The notes beneath the pieces are model-generated. The model did no database searches and had not been told where the DNA came from. It saw nothing but the letters and a program-made list of their open reading frames with translations. Positions 30,133 to 42,329 of a stretch of DNA of 64,000 bases are shown here, piece by piece. This DNA is from Pelomyxa schiedti (Eukaryota; Protista; Evosea). The stretch's first letter is position 1; every line of letters begins with the position of its first letter. The position numbers were made by a program, and so were the translations under genes. The stretch spans positions 1-64,000 of the forward strand of contig JAHLWZ010000809.1 in assembly GCA_020536535.1 (NCBI GenBank), given 5' to 3'.

Positions 30133-30541
30133 TCAACCGCCGGCCTTTCCGCTAACATGCAAGATGAAAAAAACTTTTATCTCTTGCTCTAAAAGGTGCA
30201 TGTGAACCAACATGTTCTTCCCCCACAAGACCAAAGGGGAAAAAAAGAACAACAAAGCAAGACAGACAACGACGCAGACTGTTGTTAGACACAAAGCAGA
30301 CTCCGCTTTGGGAGTTAATGTTCCCATATGACTTACCCCAATGTAATGTGGCCCACTGTGCTGACTCAGGGAGAGGAGCGTGCAGTCCCTCGAGAGGCTT
30401 CAGACTTCTTGGTGCTTGTTTTCTATACCAGAGAATACCAATAGGAACTTGTGTTGGTGGTTCCGCGTCGCAAAGTGAGTGATATCCGGGAAGTTCAGTG
30501 CATCGCCTTCGGCTAAAGACGGGACGAAACCGCGCTTCCAT
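30133..30541 (-). CDS. Putative small single-pass membrane protein
   Basis: ATG at 30541 (MEARFRP...), consensus GTAAGT donor after ..ATLHW, then exon AESALCLTTVCVVVCLALLFFFSPLVLWG (TM helix). The 3' end is uncertain. Lies divergent to the IPC synthase-like gene. Confidence 0.35.
30409..30474 (-). repeat. Right arm of the perfect 66-bp inverted repeat
   Basis: Exact reverse complement of 29976-30041; spacer 367 bp. Confidence 0.95.
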
Positions 30542-30600
30542 TGCCTTCTGACGCCAGCTGCAAAAAACCAAGAAAGCGAAAGACACGGGCCGCGTTTGAA

Positions 30601-31651
30601 ATGACTGTGACATGTGGCTGCAGTGCATTGACCAGACAACACATTCTGAGTAGGTTAAAGGGCGAGCTTTGGTTGCTCAAGGCGCACTGGAAATATGTGG
30701 CATTTGCTGTGTTTTGGTTCGCCTATGTAATAAGCATGGTCGCCCGAAACTTCGTTTTTTACTTCCACGAAGTGGGCCGACCTTTGCTCTCTGACCGCGG
30801 GTTCACGCTGCTGCCAAACATGGAAGAATCCGAGATTGTTAGAATCGTGGCCGATACTCCTATAAAAGTAGTTGGAGGCCTCATTGGTGTAATGGCTATT
30901 TGGACTTTGTTTGGGAATACAACCTCGACTACGAAGGTTTTCCATTTTATTACTTTTTTCCCCCCCAAATACTGAAAGAAATAATCTATTATAAGTAAAA
31001 ACAGTGTTTTCTTGTTCTCACCTGATCCTTATTTTACAGCCTTATATGTATAACATACTTGAAAGAATGGGCTCAGTATTTCTATTGGGGCAGACTCTCC
31101 GCTTTTTCACATACAGTGCTACTTCACTACCTGGCGTATCTGTAATATGCCGCAGTGATGCAGCCGCTGAATATCAGCCCCAAACATGGATAGAAGTCTT
31201 CTTTACCCGATTTGCAGTATCCCCCAACTCCAACTGCGGAGACCTTGTATTCAGCGGCCACATCTTCACCCTCCTCACCTTCATTTTCACATTCCAGCGC
31301 TACTCCCTTTCTGTATTCACCAAGCCATCCCCCGACCCCGCTGCCCCCCACACCAGGGCCCAGACCTACCTCAAAGTGTTCAACTACTCACTCTTCACCC
31401 TGATTCCGCTGCAGCTTATTTGCATTCTGCTGACCCGGAGGCACTACACTGTTGATGTCGTTGCTTCGTGCTACATATCTCCCCTCATTTGGAACTGGTA
31501 CTGCACCAAATGGCCTGGGGATGACAAGCCCCCTCAGGCATTTGTCATCCTAGCTGAAGTTGGTGACCCACCCCCAGGCTCTGTTGCCCTCACAACCCTT
31601 GATCATTCTTCTTCCCCAACAGCAACAACTGATCCAGAGCAGAATGTCTAA
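30601..31651 (+). CDS. Sphingomyelin / inositol-phosphorylceramide synthase family (PAP2_C domain)
   Basis: LSDRGFTLLP, LRFFTYSATSLPG, CGDLVFSGH and RRHYTVDV catalytic motifs. Confidence 0.88.
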
Positions 31652-31861
31652 GGGCTGGGATGATTAAACTTGTACTCATTACACGCCATTACCAACCAAA
31701 CACATGGGGGGGGGAAAAAAAACAAACAAACAACGTGGAGAGTGTAGTGCTCTCCACCAAAACGAAGATCTCGTTTGATCGGAAAACTGCGAAAATGAGT
31801 GAGATTCACTCGAATCAAAACAACAAAAAAAAAAAAGTGCCCCTGTGAGACGCAGACACAC

Positions 31862-32900
31862 ATGACCAGCAACGCAGCTACGACGACGGGGCCAGAGCAG
31901 GAAAAGCTAATAGCAGCGATGGAGGCTGTGCTGGCCCACATCGGCGCGCGGCTGGGCGTGGCGCAGACCTCCTTCGACGCGCTCGTCGCCTCGGTCGCGG
32001 CCACGGCCGCGGCGTCGGCGGACCTCGTGGCCCCGGCCGTGTTCACCCCGGCGTCGCCGGGGACCGCTGCGGCGGCGGCCGCGGCGTCGGCGGGGGGCGC
32101 GGCGGGGCCCCACGACGCGATGCTGGCCAAGGCGTGCCTGCTGGAGGGGAGGCTGCGGGGGTTCTCGCTGGCGGTGGACGGGAACGCCTGCGGGATAGAG
32201 GCGGAGCGCAGGCTCAAGGAGCTCAGGGAGGAGAGGCAGAGGAAGGCTGATGTCTTGGCAAAGCTCAAGGACATCGAGAAAAAGGCCTCGGCTAAGCTGA
32301 TTGAGGAGCAGGAGTTGTTGGAACAGAGAAATAAGGTTCGTTTTGTTTGTCTTTTTTTTTTTTTTTTAAGTACCCTTTTTACATATTATTCAGTTGGAAA
32401 TTAATTTCGAGCTTTTTTTCTTCCTTTTTTTTTAGGAAAGTGCCTTGAGAGACAGCTCCTGCAAAAGAATTGAAGAAGCCTCTTCAGTTTGTTGCTTCTC
32501 AGTTATGTCTTTTCTTAAGACTGCAACAGATCCTCCAAGAATTTGAATCCAGCTATCCCGAATCGACAACCCCCAGACTTGATATTACACCACCATCAAT
32601 AACTGCTCCCCCGGCAACCCAACAACACACAACTCCCCCAATCCAACACACCACTCCTCGGCTCAGTATAACCCCTACACCTGAACCAACCACAGTTTCC
32701 CCCCAAACTTCCCCCCGCTCCTCCCATATACAACACTCCCACAGTGTCTTGATGGATCCCAGTGAGAAAATGGGAATCTTCCAGGCACTTAACATCGAGG
32801 TATTTCCCTCCTTTCTTCACATGCTATCTTTGACTTCTTACAGCCAAAATCACCTGCAACCAAGCCGAAAAGTAAGCTCTTCTCCCACAAGAAAGTGTAA
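31862..32900 (+). CDS. Hypothetical coiled-coil and Pro/Thr-rich protein
   Basis: GC-rich first exon with a coiled coil (ERRLKELREERQRK...). Spliced to ESALRDSSCKRIEEASS|ILQEFESS... and PKSPATKPKSKLFSHKKV*. Confidence 0.55.
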
Positions 32901-33081
32901 CACATCCTCTATATTTTTAAAACAAACAAACTTGAAAACAATACTACAAAAAAACTGCCGATTTCCATACTAGGTGCCTTTTCACACTGTAAAATACTGT
33001 GAGGGAAGTCTCGTTCCACCATTGTAACAAGCAAGAAAGAACAGTGGGAATTCCAAAAGCAAAAATTTTCTTTTTCCTCGT

Positions 33082-35768
33082 TTACTTGGAGATGACCTCA
33101 ACAACCGCTGAAAGGAGAGCATCGTACATGGGGGTACCCATTCCAGCAACAGCATCCCAGGACTCACAAGCCTACGAATTCTAAGTCCTAAAAGAGAATA
33201 GAAAGGGTGGAAACCTCGTATCCATAGTCACAGCATGCAGGATCAGTATCATAGGCACCACACCTATTTGAGCCCACAGTTACATCATAGAATGCCTCCG
33301 GGTGCTCCTCGAAAACTTGGTACAGGACAGGGTTGAGGAAACCAAGCCTTGGCAAGCCCATGGCCAAGAGGTCATTGTTGAGAAGAGATATGACTCCGGA
33401 GAAAACGGGAGCACTGGCACTTGTCCCATCAACTTGGATCCAGCTTCCTTTATGTGCCACAACCATGTTGTGTCCAACTGCAGAAACATCAGGGTAGGCG
33501 CGCCCAACGGAATTCCAGTAAGCGGGAGGTGGGAAGTTCAGTTCGGAGTGGCTTAGGTAAGTTGCTACCTGAGAAATGTGAACAAAAAAAGAAGTGAAAT
33601 GTAGAGGTCTTGTTACCTCCGTTGCTTGGAAATCTGGCCTGCTGTCGTTGGCAAAACCACCCCCACTAGTCCACAAAAGACCAATATCTTGAATTTAAGT
33701 AAGTAAAAACATCAGAGGGAAGAACACTACCAAGGCTGACACCAACCTCGCCAATTGGGTATTTGAGACAATCAACTCCGCCCTCTGATGGAGATTTGTA
33801 GCACTTGGCTTCGGCATAGGGAGTGAAGAATGTTGCACCAACGGAGGTTATGTATGCGGAACAGCTTGGCCAGTCGTAATGGAGTGGGTAGCAGGTCTCC
33901 ACACTCATTGGGGGGGCTGGGGGTACTTTGCTTAGCAGGAAAAAATTCCGAGTCGGTTCATACTCCCAAGATCTCCAGCTCCAGTATCTCCAGAAGCAAT
34001 AAGGATAGAGATTCCACGGGATGCTAATTTCATCAGCTCGTCCTCGGACCGCTGAAGATAGCCTTCGCCAAGATAGATATCTTTTGAAGATTCAGTAAAG
34101 TTCCCATCGATTCTTACACACACCAACATTAGCTGCAGCCATCCCATAGCTTACACTGTATGTTTGGTTAGGGAGATACGTTGTTTCCTTTCTCCAACCT
34201 GTTGACAACGGGTGGATCCGACAGAGCGTTCATGGCAATGGCCCATGCCAGAATATCATCAATTTCAGTAGTTCCGTTTGCAGGATTACTCCAGAAGGTG
34301 GTAGGTCCAGGAGCTACTCCCATAAGCCATTGGATATCTGTAAAAAAAAAAAAAAAAAAGTTTCTCCAAGATCCTAACCCCGATTGTTTATACCCAACTG
34401 TGCCTCTACACCAGGTAACTTGTCAAAATTATTCCCAACAACAGAAACAGTGAGATCAGTTGGTTTTTCATATTGGCCCATAAAAAGTGCTAGATCATCA
34501 GGTGAATACCACTGGTCCTCAAACTCTACAACAGCCTAGGTGAAGGTGAGATGATGTTAAACATGGAAACTGTACCTGTGACACTTCAGGATTAGATATG
34601 ACAACGTTGGGATTCAGTGAGTACATTTCTGACACTGTATAAGGATTAACGGCAGGTGCATTAACTGAAAGCCAATCGTATGCTGTAACTGGTCCTTTCA
34701 CGCCGTTGCTGAATTTTTCCTGATAATTAGTTAAATAGGACACGTTTGATTGGACTGTATTACCTGAACAGTCACTGTAAGAGGCTCGTATTCATAAACT
34801 CCAACATCAGCCGTGCATGAGGTGTAGTCCTCTGCAGCCTTGGTGCATGTAGGAGCAACTTCAATTGAGTGTGAACGGTAGTCATTGTAGGCAGTAATTA
34901 TCACAGTGGAAAGTTGAGGTGGGTAATCAGCACAAGGAGGAACGGCTATTGAGAGGTTCCCAGACATGCAGCCTGGATAAAAAGTGACATGGATCAAATA
35001 GTCGCCGCCTTTCACCTAACATACCTTTAGAAACACACAAACAAACAAAAAAAAAAAAAAAAAAAACCCAAATTTAAAAAATACTATAGCAGCCTCAAAC
35101 CTTTGAAATTGATGGGGCACCAGGGGTTCCAGTTTCCACGGAATCAATCTCTCGTGACTTTATTGTAGCCCCACGTCTTTCCATCTTTGGAGCAAAGTCC
35201 CACAATCCCAAGACCACAGCGACGTGGCTTTTCAACGATGCCGGCACGCCTCGGGACACTCCGTCGCAAGCACGCACGATGGATTTCTGGCCGCGCTCGA
35301 ATCGGCACAGCTTGACGCCGAGGGCGCTCTCGACTGTCGAGAGGGGTGCGAATGCCGATACGACGTCCTGGTTGGGGGTCATCTGGAGATCTGAGGCCCC
35401 CAGGGAGTGCAGCCAAAGCGAAACGGCGCGCTGTGACGCCATGGGTGGTTTCACAATCTCTGTGACTTCATCACGTGTGAGGTACTTGCCGAAATCCTTG
35501 GATCCTGGGGTGGACACAGCGTCGATTCTGAAGGGTTTGGTTACGCACGTACTTACGTTTCAGCGGGTTGGGAAACTTGTTACCTTGAGCGCAACAAGTC
35601 CACGTTGTTTGTCTTGAGCAACACGGTTATGGGAATAAGGGACGTCGGGTCCACCTGCTCGCTCACCAGCGTCCAACCAGAACCTGAGGCTCGCTCAGGG
35701 GTCGTCGCAGTAGACGAGACCAATTGGGCTACTACTACTAAAACCAGTGCACTCAAGGACCACCGCAT
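33082..35768 (-). CDS. Peptidase S53 (sedolisin / tripeptidyl-peptidase I / physarolisin-like)
   Basis: Signal peptide; prodomain VSTPGSKDFGKYLTRDEV; SILIASGDTGAG; RAYPDVSAVG; catalytic DGTSASAPVFSG; FYDVTVGSN; WDAVAGMGTP. Confidence 0.92.
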
Positions 35769-35905
35769 CTCCAGTTGGTGTTACCTGTGTTAATTGTTCT
35801 TTCTGTGTGGGGAAACGAAGCAGATAATTTTTTTTGTAGCGCTGTTGAACAGATGAAAAAGTTCCCCCAAAGTGCACCATCCTCTGGGGTGTTTCTGGAG
35901 ATAGC

Positions 35906-38299
35906 TCAGGTTTTATTGTCCCGCCATGGGTGGGAAAACTCGGCGAAGTGTTGGGGATTCTTGCGGTAGCACTTTGGTCCATATTTACATGGTGGAAGAG
36001 TTTTGCTGGATGTTGGGCTGGGTGTGGGTGTTGGTGTGGAGGTGGGAGTGGATGATGGGGATGTGCAACAAGTGTTTGCATTCGTGTTTGTGCCTTGGCT
36101 TGGGGTTGAATCAGACTGAGATCTTTGTGAGAGTGCCCCCTCGTTTGGTGGTGAACGGGGTGATGTTGGTGGGGATGCGGGGCTACATTGAGCAGTGGGG
36201 GTAGGGGAGGATGGGGGTGGGAGTGAGGGTGGAGGCACAGGATCACTCTGTGCAAGTATTAGTTGTGACTTGTCCAATTCCAGTCTTTGAGTAAAAAAAA
36301 ATACCTTTCTTTCGAAACGGGGTTTCTTTACTGTTGGAGGAACTGCCCTTTCTTGGTGAATGGAACATTGAGTTGCTTCCGTTGTCGTAGTTGGTGGCCT
36401 TTTACCCAGTGCCGAGTCAGAGGACTCCTGTGACATTTCCCTCCCTTTAGTAGGAAATTACACTCTGGCATCGCACCTTGAACCATGGGTGCCCTTCCAC
36501 CATCACAGCAGTTAGTCTGTGGTTTGGGTCTACCATAAGTAACTTTTTGATCAAATCTTGGGCTTGAAGGGTAACGTTAAGAGAGTCTTCACTGGATGGC
36601 ACAATACCACAGGCTGTAACACGCTTCCACACTGGCGCTTCAAAGTCATAGAGGCCATGGACAATCTGATATGGAATGGGTTCTGGTTTGGTCCCATTGA
36701 AAGGGGGATCCCCCGACAGCCTTGAGATATAAATTCCATACTCGGAGGAAGGGGGAAATATACATGCAATAAAGAATGCATCCCAGACTCCACATATCAA
36801 CACTTTTTGAATAACCATGTTGAGTCCCTTCTCCGTTAATGATTTCTGGAGCTGCAAACAATAAGACATGGAAGGGTGAGCCCACAAAATTACCGGAATA
36901 CTGTGGGGTTCCGCATAGGGTCTTTGTTAAGCTTTGTTCATCAATAATCTGACATGCAGATGTAAAACAATTTACCACATTCAACTTCTTCACAGAACGG
37001 TGGAAAAACCTTGGAAAGTCCAAAATCACTTATTTTGATGCATTTGTGATTCGTGTCAAGTAGAAGAATATTTTCGGGCTATAAAAACAATCACGATTCA
37101 TAAAGGAAGTGAAATAGGAACCTTCAAATCTCGGTGCACAACTCCTTTGTTATGGAGATATACGACAGCAGATACCATTTGCTTAAACAGCATTCGTGTG
37201 TGATCTTCAGGAAGGGCACCACGGTCATGAATGTATCCGAATAAATCTCCGCCAGTAACCCTAATCTCAATTAGATTCTTCAACTGAATCCTGCTTCCAT
37301 ACAGTTCCAGAATGAGATATAGGGCTTTCTCAGACTCAAATGACTCGTAAATTTTTATTATATGGTCATGTGACAATCTTCATTTGAGGTGAAAACCATT
37401 TTTAAGGAGGAACAGCGAACGATTGGAGAATGTCCACTTCACATCTAATTCTATCCCTATGGGAAGCTGCAAGTGACATAAACCGTTTTTTGTCTATGAC
37501 CTTCCTGTTGTGGGAAAAAAAACAGCAACAAGGGCTGGGCTGACCTTTATTGCTACCCGTTTACCAGTTTGCCGTTCAATCCCCAAGTTGACCACAGCAA
37601 AGTTGCCCCTATTAATAATGTTTCGAGATCATTGAGCACGCACAGACATACGTTCCCAATATTTCACTGATCTCATATTTTGTTTGTGGGCCACCAGGGT
37701 CAACACATTCCGATTGTAAATCAGAAAATAGATAAACGACTGAACCAAGGAAGTGAGCTGAAAAAAAGAGTGCATTGGAGAGGAACTTTGATCCTTCACT
37801 AGACTAAAGGCAGCCCCATTGGATAACAGCCTCTTATTTCCTTTTCCAATTTTTGTTCCCTGTAGCCAGGTGCCGTTTGAACTGAAAAAAAGTTGGTATT
37901 CCACATTGCCAACGTTTCAGTACCTTAGATCTACAAGAAATACAAGTTTGGTGCCACAACCACTGTCCTCCCGTACAATTTTGCAGTGCTGTCCACTCAC
38001 ACGTGGGTTGTAAAACGGGAAGTCACAATGAGGATCCCGCCCAAGGGTGATTTCTTCATCTTCGGCGGTAGTTAACGAAAACACAGGCGAAAGAAGTTGA
38101 ACTTCGAAGTTCCAGGGTCGGGATGCCTGGCACCATAGAAATCAGTCTGCCCCAGCAATCCGACACCGGCTGAGAGATACGTCATCCACGCCAAACAGTG
38201 GTAGAAGGCACAGAGGAAGAGAAAAAAACACACAGTGGGCTCAACGGTAGACCAGTCGATTTCCTGTGTCGTACCACTCTCCGGGACAGCGTCACCCAT
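35906..38299 (-). CDS. CHK2/Cds1-like FHA-domain Ser/Thr kinase with C-terminal PBZ zinc finger
   Basis: [21 protein letters not shown]|SSNGT; kinase [30 protein letters not shown]; [25 protein letters not shown]. Confidence 0.88.
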
Positions 38300-38549
38300 T
38301 GTTGCCTACTAAAACAATAGAGCCCGCTGTGGAGAATTCGATCTCCTAACGGTTAAACAAGAGGTTTTTGATTTTAAGAAATGAAGACTGAGGCGAAGAA
38401 CGATCCCAATAATGGATCCAGGGGAGTTAAGGTGCCACCTGACAAAAAAAATGCCCGCTTTGTGCTGTGGGGCCACTCAGATCTCAAAATCATAACCAGA
38501 GATTAATTGCGTCCTGTTGCAAACAAGTTAAACCTGGTGTCGTTTAAGC

Positions 38550-39380
38550 ATGGCAGCCACTCATACGTACTCATCTACGAGTGCCACTACTTCCGCACCA
38601 CGACAATCGCAGGCTGCATTACTGTTAGCGAAACAACTGCGTGAACTTCTCAAACACCCTGTTGAGGGTTTTTCGGCTGGTCTTGTGGATGACTCTAATG
38701 TATTTGAGTGGCAAGTTATGATAATAGGACCTCCTGACACGATTTAGTATGCACATCTCTTAATACGATAATCATGTTCCATTCATTAGACACATATCGC
38801 CAGAAGCAGTTTAATTAAAAACCGGAAATAACATAAAAAAAAAAAAAAAAAGCGAAGGTGGATTCTTCCATGCTAGGCTGACGTTTCCTCCAGGTATCTC
38901 CATTATTTCATTTCAGGATCTGAAAATCATTCAGACTACCCTCTTAATCCCCCAAAGATGAAATTCATTACCGAAATTTGGCATCCAAATGGTAACAATG
39001 GCACTGCGTTATGTTCCTAACTTGCCATACAGTTTACGCAAATGGGGACGTTTGCATCTCAATTCTTCACCCTCCTGGTTGAAAGACTTCTGTTCGTGTT
39101 CAACCTAAACTCGCCGTAGGGGATGACAAATGGGGCTATGAGAGCGCTAGTGAGCGGTGGCTTCCAGTGCACACAGTCGAGTCAATCCTTCTAAGTGTTA
39201 TCAGCATGCTGTCGTCCCCTAATGATGAGAGCCCAGCGAATATAGAGGCTGCAGTTGAGTGGCGCACCAACAAAGCTTCTTTCAGGAGAAAAGTTGCAAG
39301 GCTAGTACGGAAATCTCAGGTGTCTACACCCCAACTCCGCATTGAACCATTACGTAACCCTCATTCTTCAGGAGTCTTGA
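38550..39380 (+). CDS. UBC7: Ubiquitin-conjugating enzyme E2, UBE2G1/Ubc7 family
   Basis: ALLLAKQLRELLKHPVEGFSAGLVDDSNVFEW, WHPNVYANGDVCISILH, GYESASERWLPVHTVESIL. Confidence 0.93.
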
Positions 39381-39610
39381 CACCTTTGTTTTGTACAAAT
39401 TTCAACCAGAAAATAAAGTTCCAACTTAACCTAGTTCTCACTTAGCAACACTTGGAGGAAAAGAACAGTGATCGTCGAAGTACTTGCACAAGTCACCGAC
39501 CCCAAACAAGAAAGTTGATGTTGTCGAAACCGGGAAAAAGTTTTGTCCCCATCCGTTTTTCCTTCACTTCTTTTCTTTTGCCATCACACCGTCCCGCCGG
39601 CGTGGGGAAA

Positions 39611-42113
39611 ATGAGCAACGACAAAGTCGAAGCCTCGCTTCTTGACCGACACTCCCCCTCAATGGCATCGAGCTCCGACGACGACGAAGGGGAGCACCTG
39701 CTGCGCGAGGTGGCGGCGAGCTCCAAGAACAACCGCGGTAGCAGCGGCAACCTGAGCACCCGGAGCAGCTCCTACGAGTCGCTTGGCAAGCACACGAGCG
39801 ACACCAGCAGCAGCGCCAGCAGCCGGAGCGGCAGCAGCTACTGCAGCGACGGGGCGCCCCGCCGCCACCAGCACCACAGCCACCACGAGCACCACCACCA
39901 ACACCACCAACAACCACGGGCCAAGGGCGAGGGCAAGTCCCCGGCGCACGGGATAGTCACGCCGGCGGAGGTCGGCGACGAGGGAGAATACGAAGTGGGC
40001 GGGGCAGGAGACGCGGACGTGGATGGGGATGGGGATGGGGAGGAAGGGGGACGCAGGGGGATGGGGAGGAAGAAGAAGAAGAAGTGTGGCTCGATGACTG
40101 TTTCGGAGATGTTGAGGACGGTGCTGCCGTATCCGAGGGGTATTAACACTGCACCTTTTTTCGGCATTCTGGCATTATGGTAGGGGTCCACCACCTTTGG
40201 GAGTTGGCACCGCTCCCTGGTTTTTTTAACTCTAACATCTCTGGCACTGCCAAGGTTTTGGGATATGGCCCTCAATTCTTGCATTACTGTCTACTTGGAT
40301 TTCATGGTATCTTTTTTTTTCTAGGTTTTTGAAAGCAAACCGTTTTCTCTTTAGGTTATGGATTTCGTCACAGACGATCCCAACCTTGTGGGGTACTATG
40401 CAGGATTTCCAGATATGCTTTGGGCTTTGATGCAGGTTCCCCTTTTGAATAATTTCGAAATTAAAAATAATGGGGGATATCTTTGAAAGATCTTTTCATC
40501 ATATCCAACTGGTCACCTCAGTGATAAATTTGGGCGAAGGCCTTTGATACTTTTTGGAGCATCCGTCCTATGCTTATCTACCTTAGCTATTAGTTTCTCT
40601 TTCAGCTACATTTGGTTCTTGGCTGTTCGTACTATAGATGGCATTTTCACATTGTGTGTTTCAGCTGCTACTGTTTGCTCTTAAGTGCATCATCAGGAAT
40701 TTTGGGGTGGTGAAAGCTTACATTGGTGATCTAGCACCAGGCCCTATGCGCCCAAATGCATTCGCACTCTTGTCATTTGTAGGTGCCCTTGGATCAATGT
40801 GGGGAAGCCTTATTGGCGGATTTACTGCCCGTCCTGCAGAACAGTGAGTGAAGTCATACCCTTTTGGTGGCCTTCAGTTATGATTATTGTATAGGTACTC
40901 CTGGGTGAAACAGGATGGCTTTCTCGCGAAATTTCCTTATTTCCTACCCAACTTCATAATTTCTGTTCATCTGGGATTGGCAATAATATATTGTGCAATC
41001 TTTCTCCGGGATCCTCCAAAAAGTGCGGAAGTGTTGGCTGAGCCTCCCATTACAAGTGAGCCACTCACTGAAACCATGGAGACAACTGAAACTAATAACC
41101 TTGACAAGGAGAAACTTGAATCAGGTATAAAGTGTTCTGCTTTTGTTACTGTCTCAGTTGTTTCAACTAAAGAGGATGAACCTGTTCCTAAAGTATCCCG
41201 TTGTCGACAGGCCTTAACCTTTCTCCAGAATCACCGCTCAGCACTCAGTGTTTGTCTTCTGTTTGCTTTTCTGGGATTTGCTATGATTGGTTGTAAATCT
41301 GCCCTTCCTGTATGTCGGTACCCTTGTGTCCCTAGTACTTATCAAAACAGGCCTGGGCTATGGCTACAATTGACGTTGGTGGATTAGGGTTTGACGCAAT
41401 GGAAATTGGAATTATGTCCTTTATAATGAGTGCATGGGTAAGTCCCCCTACATGCACACACATCAATAACCTGGAATCCTTTCAGGCTTTACCAGTTCAA
41501 GCTTTTCTTTACAAGCCTATTGTATCCAAGATAGGGTTGATTCGATCTTGCCAAATGGGCCTCTTCTTATTTGGACCCACAGTGTTTGGAATCAGCTTGG
41601 CAAGTTATCTCACAGGACTCGACTCATCTTGGCCTCTCTGGCTCTACGTTGTACTTTTCCTTGGATTTCAATCCCTTGCTGCCCAGTTGGCTATGATAAG
41701 CTTGAATAACATGGTTGTGAACAGTGAACCTCAATGTAAGGCACACTCTTTGCCATTCTTCAATACCAAAACTAAAACAAACACTCTCCAGACTTGACAG
41801 GCAAAGCAAGTGGCTTTTCGCAAGTTCTTGCTGGTGTTGCTAAAGCTATTAGCCCGATCGTTTTCCTACCAATATTTGGTATTTGACCCTTCTTCTTTTG
41901 TCTCACTAACAAGTAAAAATACAAAAAGCCTGGAGTATACAAACATCGCGGCCATTCCCCTTTGGTGTGCACTTTACATTCTTGATTATTCTTGTGCTGT
42001 GCCTCCTTGTTGCCATCTACTCCATGGTACTTCCCAAAGCACTAGACATGTCTTGGGAACAAGCCCACCCAATACCCTCAAAATCACCAAGCCCAAGTCC
42101 CCCACACGACTGA
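39611..42113 (+). CDS. MFS transporter, ZIFL/DHA1-like, with long His-rich disordered N-terminus
   Basis: GYYAG, GHLSDKFGRRPLIL, GVVKAYIG, KFPYFLPN, GGLGFDAMEIG; 12-TM pattern ending PSPPHD*. Confidence 0.82.
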
Positions 42114-42329
42114 GCAAAAAAGCAAATAACAAAACGGAACTTTTCGGTGTCCTTTAAAGGGACACCGGACATACCCCAAAAAACCAAAATGCTGGGGCAA
42201 CTGCGCGGCTGAATGACGTTTGATGGAACAAAAAAAAATGGCTGGTGATGGGGGGAAAAGTGGGGAGAGGATTAACTCTTTTAAAAAGTTTTTTTGAGAA
42301 ACCGGTAAAGAAATAAAATAACACAGGAC

